Positions 55,782-64,000 of a DNA stretch of 64,000 bases are shown one piece after another. How positions within the stretch are numbered: the first letter of the stretch is position 1; each line of letters begins with the position of its first letter. Origin of the DNA: Chrysomallon squamiferum (Eukaryota; Animalia; Mollusca); contig CM022665.1 of assembly GCA_012295275.1 (NCBI GenBank), forward strand, positions 14,632,001-14,696,000, in the 5' to 3' direction. Position numbers and translations under genes: made by a program. The notes beneath the pieces were generated by a model. The model saw only the letters and a list, made by a program, of their open reading frames with translations, made no database searches and was not told the DNA's origin.

Positions 55782-57830
55782 GGGTGCATAAACTGTGTGA
55801 ATGACCATTTTATTCATGCAAGGATCACACCAAACCCATTTTCTTTGTTTTTTAATTTAACAATGTCAGAAATTACTGATTATTCCTTTCAGTTTATCAA
55901 AGACACATTAACTATCAGTAATGTATTCACTATCCCACTTTTAGTTCTATATCTGACTTAGTTCAACTTTACTATGAAAAAAAGGATTAATAGTACAGTT
56001 CATACAGAAAGCATTTTACTCAGGAATTTCTGCGAACCATCTAATCCTGGAACATGACAAAATGCTGTTTTAAATCTTATGTTGTTTTAAATAATAAAGA
56101 AACTCTTCATAACTGTATTAATTAATTTAATTCAGTCATAATCCTTATTATGTATGTGCAATTTACTGAAATTATTTATTTTTTATTTTAATAACCTCTA
56201 CAATGAATAAAAACTTCAGTTTCAGACACAATGAAACACTGTTTCGGACATACCAAAATATTATTACCAGCATCCCTTTATTATCTAAGAGTGAACAAGT
56301 ACATTTCTTTTTTTTTCTTGTTTTTTTAAATAAAAGTAAAATTTCACTCATCAAGTAGAAGAAATAATGACATTAGTTAGACACAAAGTTACAGACAACT
56401 ATTTTCCAGACTGTTTTGTGTTGACAAACAAGGAAAACTGCCACCAGTTGATGACAGAGAGTTGTTAGAAAAACAATTAATTCAATGAAACTTTCAGCAA
56501 CTGCAAGTCTTCAGTTTCCTACAGGAATATCTACCCTGGTAATAAATAACACAAACTGTTTAACATTTTGACACTTTCTGATGAATGGCTTTGCAAAAGG
56601 GGGGAAAAGGAAAGTTCATACTATAGGACTTGATGATAGATTTATTGCAGAATGGTTTAAAGAGAGAGAGAGAGAAAGAAAAAAATAACTAGAGTTCAGT
56701 TTGTTTCTTCCATTTTAAAATACAGTATTTAGAATCCTGGTATTGAATGATGTCTTCCAGTTTTCTATGCAGAATACTATTAACAGTTCAACAGTTTGTC
56801 AACACAAATAAAATCCTGTTTTTACTTCAATTTTATATGTAGATAGGTATTATTAACAATGCAGTAATTTGAGACACACTACAGTAAAAACTAAATACAT
56901 TTTTATAAAAATTAATAAATATTATTAAAGCTGTATGATCAAAAACATAGTTTCTATTAGTATTTAATTCCAGTTTTCAGTGTTAAAAAGGATTTGCTTA
57001 AGCACTAAGTCTAAAATAAGCAACACATAGTTTTGACACTTTTCTTATTCTAATTTTGAATATGAACAGGCATTAATATTTTATATTTGTATAAAAATTG
57101 TAATTGTTTTGTCCATTTTTAATCCAAGTACAAAAGGGGAAAAAAAGAAGAAGAGGAGGACAAAAGTTAAAAGAACATTTTTTTTTTTTTAAATCCAATG
57201 AGAGAGGGAGTACTGTATTACTATCATTGTGTTTTATAGAGTAATACAACATAGCACAATTCTGGTATACAGATGAATTCAGATATCTAAATAACATGAA
57301 AATGGAATTTAAAACAATATATAAAAAATTTCCCATTAGACTGATGCTGAATTAAAAAGACTTATTGCTCTTTGATTATGATTTATGAAATTACTGAATA
57401 AAAAAATTAAAAAAATCCAAATTTCACTGCATTTGAAAAATCTCCTATTTTAACGTGACTAATGACTTGAAGAAAATATCTATTTAGTTTAAACTGCTTC
57501 AGTAGTTGCTTTTGACCATTAGATTTTCATTTAATGCACTGTGTGAAAAATTGAATATTTCAGATATGATCCATGCAAGAGATGAAATGAAATGGAAAGA
57601 GATGACTGAGATTAAATTACATTGGGATAAAAAAAAATAATAATAAAAAAATTAAAAATGAAGAAGAAAAGTTATATGACTTTTTAAAAATGAATTATAT
57701 TACATATGAAAACTATTTTGTGAATATAATTTTATTTTATCAGTTATCAAAGGTATTAATAAATAAAATAAAACAAAACAAAATTTTAAAATCAAAAACA
57801 GTTGAAAAAACCCAAGGTATTTTAGTTGAA

Positions 57831-58200
57831 GGAATATTAACTGGGATCTCACAGAATAAAAATAATGATGATGACAATAATGATTGCCAACAGCATGAAA
57901 AAGAAAACATGAAAAATGATAATTATATGCCTAGCATTACATTACTAAATGAACTACCCATTCCCCTGCAACTCCTTATAAAAACTTTCCAACAATTTGA
58001 CTTTCTTAAAATCAACCATTTCCATTAAAGGAGTATTAATTGGGATCTTATAGATATAAATTTATAATATTACTAAAGACTACCAATATATTAACCAACA
58101 ACAAAAAACAAAAATTGCAATAAAATTAAGAATTTTAACTTTCTTCATTTAAGGGAGTATTAATTGGGATTTTGGAGGCTTAATAATAATAACAGTAACA

Positions 58201-58234
<34 letters not shown>

Positions 58235-58380
58235 CTACCAATATTATCAAGAACAGTAACAAAATGAAGCAAAAAATGAAGCATATTAATACCATTCCTG
58301 CTATCATGTAATCTACAAAAATAACAAGATTACCAATGTCATCAACAACAACAACAGTAACAAAACAAAAACAAACAAAA
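57831..58380. repeat. Degenerate tandem array, 3-4 copies of 125-200 bp
   Basis: GGA(G/A)TATTAA(T/C)TGGGAT at 57831, 58030 and 58154; GA(C/T)TACCAAT at ~58078, 58233 and 58328. Confidence 0.75.
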
Positions 58381-60748
58381 AATGCAAAAAATGCAGAATA
58401 TTAATAAAGTTGCTAGCAACATAGAGCCAACTACTATTAAACTGTTCCTACAAAACCCAATTAAAAAAATCTCTCAACTTTCTAGCAGTTTGGCTTTCTT
58501 CAAATCAACAGTTTTTTTTTTTTCTTGTCACTCTAAGCAAGTATCAGATGAAGTAAAAGAAGTGGTTTGAGGGGTTAATGAAAAGACATCACTGTGATCT
58601 AATTTATATGATGAGTTTCAGAGCAGCGCACATTAAAATCAAATTACTCAACAATGTAATTTTCAAAACTACTTTCCATTTTTATTTACAACAAAATCAA
58701 TATTCATGTCAGGAACTAACTTCACAAATTTTCCTACAGAAGTGGAAAATGTTAATTCCACTGGGTGGCAAAAACTCTGATATTGACTTGGGTGAAGAAT
58801 TTTTCCTCTGCTGCAAAACCACAACGTGGCATTTTCTTTAACAAGATTATGTCAGTGACGAGTTTGGATAATTGCTATATTGGAAATTGAATAATATTAT
58901 GAGAATATTGAAACATCTATTAGATATAAGCCTAAGAGATCTGAAAGCTTGGAACTGAATCTATTCCAATTCCAGTCACGCAGCTGAAGTGACACACACC
59001 AACGACACATAATTGGTAAATTAAATTGCACCTTTAAAAAGACGCCGTTTCAAGAACAGGTCACGTCTTTGGGTGGAAATGAAAAGTCATATCAGTGTAA
59101 AATATGTAAATGTAAATCCTGTACATTTTCCATGTGAAAGGATTTTATGACCTGTACTAACTGATTAAGAAACACATTTTCCATTGATGAATTAACTCTG
59201 GAAATTGCTCAGTGATTGCTTAGTCATGTTTTATTCCTTTCTGAAGACTCTGAAGAACCTTCTGATTCCTTTTTTTTTTTTTCTTCTCCCTTTTCATTAA
59301 AAATTTGATATGTTCATTATTACATGCAGAATGATGAAACATAAAGTTACTACATTCTTGAATAGTTTAGCTAATAGATTAAAACTTATAGCTTAGCTGA
59401 AATTCTGTGTCTTTCATTTGAAAGGGAGTTGTGGGGTTTGGACCACAAAAACCAATATTCATTCTACTCATTTCAAAGTGTTTACCAACTAAATGAAACA
59501 AACAAACAAAAACAAAAACAAAATTAATAAATAAAAAAAAAAAAAAATAAAAAATAAAAAAAAATAAAAAAGTAAAATAATCATCATCATCATAATAATA
59601 ATTATAATAATAATAAAGTAAATAAATAAATTTATAATAAGGGAAAAAATAACAGTAATGATACTAATGTATGTATATGAGAATGAACAGAAAAATGTTG
59701 ATTATATTAACATATTAAGGTTCAACATCTTTTATAAAATCCCAGCTGTTTAGATTGTCAAACTTATTCTGTAAAAATAAAATTACAAGATAAGATATTC
59801 TTTTTCAACACAAAACATCAATTGTAAATAATTTTATTTAAAAAAATCTATTTTAAAAACTGACAGTAATTTACATAACAAGTACATATAAAGCTTCAAA
59901 TATGGGTTATCAAATAATTTTATCCAGCAGCCTTTCTGAGCTGCCCAAATATTTCGTTTAGTATGTTAGTGGATTAATCAGAGAACAGATGAAGTGGATT
60001 TTTGTCTTTCAAATTCATTCTGATTAGGAACCATTACCAAGATTGAATCCCAGTATCAATTACTTCTAAAGTTAATGGCTAAAAATGACAGGCACAACAA
60101 CAACAAATGAAAATAATAAAATGATTAAAAATAAAAAATATAAATAGTTTATTTATAAACTTCACATATCAGACTGGAATCCACATGACAATCAAAAACA
60201 TCCTGTGAAATGGACAGAAACTTGGGAACAGTCCCGGAACACCAGCCTGCAAATTATTACTCTTTAATATAGCCTGCTTCTCCAGTAAACAAACAACATT
60301 TTGACAGCCCATCATCAAGGTGCATACATATGTGTCCTATTTGTCTAAATGTGTCTTCTGTATACACAACTCACTTGAAGCAGAGGGAACTGCCAGCATT
60401 ACTTCCAACACATAATGTTCATATTCTCTTTGTTTAGCCGAATGGTTTTCAATAATTTAAACAAGTCAGTAGGATTATTTTTTTAAATTATATTACTTTT
60501 TCTCCCCCCTTTCTTTATTTCTTCTTGGTTGAATAATTATATTGTACAGAATATTACCTCTGCTATAAAAATTCCTTAGGAATCATTTACTATTACACAC
60601 ACATATATCATTATTTTCATGTGAATGATTCTGGTCTATGGAATATTTTTTTTATAAAAGTAAGAAAGATAAGAAGCAATAAAGTTTGTATATATTTGTA
60701 TGAAGGTATGTGTACATGTGTAAATGTGTATTCATGTGTGCATGCGTG

Positions 60749-60750
<2 letters not shown>

Positions 60751-60785
<35 letters not shown>
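60751..60785. repeat. (TG)n microsatellite
   Basis: Perfect run. Confidence 0.95.
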
Positions 60786-60787
<2 letters not shown>

Positions 60788-62815
60788 GGTTATCTGAATT
60801 ATTAATATAAATAAAGCATCCATGTAATCATTTTTTAGGTAAAGTAAGCAAACACATAAACACACATTGGCAGACATCTGCACACATCCATACAAACTTG
60901 CTGTAGGACAATGCACAGCACAGGGAACAAATAAACCAGTGGATATCATACAAACAAACAAAAATTATTTATGTATTTAATAATAATAATAATAATAATA
61001 AATAGATAAATAAATCAATATTTAAAAAAACAAAAAAAACAATTTAATCCAACAAATAACAATTTCAACTTACTTTATTTCAACTATTAATTTAAATCTG
61101 AATTTCTGATTTTTAGAAGAAATTTACTCTTCTTTTTCCTAGAAACGATAAAAGTTGTCAATCTAGTCCCAGAGACAATAAAACTTGCCAAAAATTGATT
61201 TTCTGATTTCGTTTTTAACGGATTCTTGTATCCTTTGCATCACTGAATAACTGCCTCAGTAACAGAGACACTGAATGAGTCATAAGGAAAAAAAAACATT
61301 AAGCAAAACTAATGTTTGGCATGTGAAGACTATATCATAAATTAGTGTTAGCCATTTAAAAAACAGATATAACAAATTTGTATTGTTTGTATAGAGACAT
61401 CTTTTAAAAAGTGGAGTTAATTCCTTTTCAAAATGAATGACAATATAATAATAATAGTAATAGTATTAATAATGATGATGTTGAAGAATGAACAAAATGA
61501 TCAGTTACGATAATAACTGTTACCATTATTTTGTATTATTATTATTTACATTTTTTTCTTTTCTTTTTTTTAATTTATTTATTTAATTATTATTATTATT
61601 TTATTTTATTTTTTAATTTTTATTTTATTTTTATTTTTTTAAATAAAATAAATAAATCTTTTTTTCTTATGATGTCATATTTTATATATAGAGATAGAGA
61701 AATGTAGAAGAGTTAAGAATGACAGTTGATTATTTACTCATTTTGACTGAATTTTCTTTCGTCATCAGGCACCTATAATAACTGGAAAAATAGCAATTTT
61801 ATCACTCTGCAATCTTTTTCATTTTCTATTTCTTCATAAGTTACATCATCACAGATATGTCAGAAAGAGAGTCTTGACATTTTAGTACTGTCATACTTTA
61901 TTATTAGCAAACAACAATATGTAAAACAAATAAAAAACAAAACAAAAAAGAAAAGAATAATAATCTTTTTCTTATCTTTTAAAATAAAAATAAAAATAAA
62001 AAACCAAAATAAAATAAAATAAATAATCTATACTTTTTGTTCTCATCATACTGCATATATTGCTCACATATTTTACTTATTTCAAAGAATGTCAATAACA
62101 AACAAAAATAAACAAACACATAAATAAATAAATATATAAATAAATAAATAAATAAATAAATGATTCATTGCTACATTGCTACTTTACTTTATTATTAGCA
62201 AAACACTGTCTCCTGTTCAAATAAAACTATTATAAATAAAATAATGTATATAAGCTTTTTGTTTGCTTTGTCAAAGGTATATTTTAAGCTTTGTGTTTAC
62301 TGGCCTTAACTCAACCACAGTCAGTTTAAAATAATAAATTATATCACACTAGCTAGACCCCAGAGAAATGTGAAACTTTAGACACTTTTAACACATATTA
62401 ATTATTGTTTTGACATTGAACAAAATTAACAGTAAACAAATATAAACAAATAACACTGAAAAAAATGTATTATCAGTTGTAAACTGATATTATTAATACC
62501 CAGTTTAATAGCCCCTAAAGAATTAATTATAAACAGATTGTTAATTTTTTTTTTAAATAAACCCATTTTACAATAATAACATGTTGTTATTAGTAATAAA
62601 ACGTTATACGTTGTGCATAAATCAGCATACATGATGTAATCAACATCCTCTATTTTTCATAACAGATATATCCAGTATTTAATAAGTCCACTGTATCGTA
62701 CATGGTGCTGACAATACTGGTAACATGCAGATGAAAACTGTTGGTGACATATCAGCAATAAAATAACAATTTATACATATTTGTGAAATATTTATTAACA
62801 AAATGCCTGACAGCT

Positions 62816-63235
62816 GGCTGTAGCTCAATGGTAAAGTTTTGCTCTGAAATACAACAGATCACAGGATCAAGATGTATCCTTCTTTGTGCTCCTGTGAACA
62901 AAATCAATCAGTGTTCAGCGACTGCTTTATCAGTCAGCTGTATGTGCTTTTATGTCTGTGGAAAAGAGCATATAAAAGAGCTTTTGCTGCAAAAGCATCC
63001 AATGGAGTGGCTGGGTGGATGATATTTTTACCTATATCATTATAACAGCCAGTGGAATGGCTGAGAGTGGTATGATTACATATATCATCATTATAACAGC
63101 CAATGGAGTTGCTGAGGAAGGTGATATGATTTGTTACATCATCATTATAACATGCAGTGGATTGGTTTCCTTTTTCAATCAGCAGCAGTAATCATTAATA
63201 GTACACTGTGTTGAGGTGTTGTTATACATTTATTA
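62816..63235 (+). mobile_element. Near full-length decayed tRNA-derived SINE (probably MetaSINE-type central domain) interrupted by a tandem array
   Basis: A box TAGCTCAATGGTAAAG (62821), degenerate B box CAGGATCAAG, core GTATGTGCTTTTATGTCTGTGGAAAAGAGCATATAAAAGAGCTTTTGCTGC, tail GGTTTCCTTTTTCAAT...TGTGTTGAGGTGTTGTTA. The family name is from memory of published MetaSINE-like consensus sequences and is not verified. Confidence 0.75.
62995..63165. repeat. ~50-bp tandem repeat, ~3.3 copies, inside the SINE
   Basis: CCA(A/G)TGGA(G/A)T(G/T)GCTG...ATCATTATAACA repeated three times. Confidence 0.85.
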
Positions 63236-63544
63236 ATTCAGAACGAAGCCTGCAACATCTTTTCATTTATAAAAAAATAAATCTGCTAAGAATGATTTCA
63301 CACTAGATATCATACACTGAAATTAAAAGTATGAAATTTTGAAAATATTACCTTTGTTTTAAGGAATCAAGATACAAGTGTTTGGCAGCTTTAATTTCTT
63401 TATTTTGTTTTTATTTTTATTTTTTTTTTGAGGTAGAGTTATTCTTTTTCTCAAAAAAAAAAATTTTTATTCCCCCCAAACCCCTTTTACTGTTTTTCTT
63501 TTCCTTTTTCTCTTACAAAAAAAAAAAAAAAAAAAAAATTATTT

Positions 63545-63625
63545 TCTGAATTCTTTATATTCTCACTCTTTTCTTTAGACAGGAAAGCACTTACCATTAG
63601 CTTTTGATATGTATGGCTGAAATAT
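63545..63625 (-). mobile_element. Decayed SINE core fragment
   Basis: TTAGACAGGAAAGCACTTACCATTAGCTTTTGATAT matches 26208-26240. Confidence 0.55.
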
Positions 63626-64000
63626 GAGCTGTAGAGAGGATGTGTTGTCTATAGGAACTGAACTATGAAAACAGTACTTTATTCATCGTTAGTCTGCAGC
63701 AAGGATTTACATTAAAGGCATATTTTATATTTAAAATATAATATAATGTGATGAGATAGATTTAAAATGATCAAAATGTATATATATATACACGCACACA
63801 CAGACACATATCCTAAACTGAAAAAAAAAAGTTAACCTGTTACTATTTAAATACTCTCTACCTTAGACAGAACTTTACCATTTACAACAAAACAAATTAA
63901 AAATTGAATATTGGTAATCACACAGAAAGAAAGCAATAAGGTCTTTTTTCTCCAGTTTTTCTATTAAACAGAAAAGAAAAAAAAACCCACAAGACATCAT

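Overview
AT-rich (roughly 30% GC by eye), strongly CpG-depleted animal genomic DNA that is almost entirely non-coding. It is most likely a large intron or gene desert of a mollusc, probably a gastropod; this taxon call is an inference from my recollection of the SINE family and was not checked against a database. None of the supplied ORFs looks like a real gene: they are microsatellite or low-complexity artefacts. Supported features: (i) about 10 highly decayed copies of one tRNA-derived SINE family that can be aligned to each other within the window, (ii) many microsatellites, (iii) more than a dozen old, degenerate local tandem arrays with 30-270 bp units, (iv) three short candidate minus-strand exons with canonical splice signals that can be joined in one open frame, and (v) GC-richer islands at roughly kilobase spacing that carry many TGACAG (TALE-class) and TAAT motifs and may be enhancers. 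I found no rRNA, intact tRNA, CRISPR array, intact transposase/RT or other clearly novel system. The findings below are leads, not discoveries.
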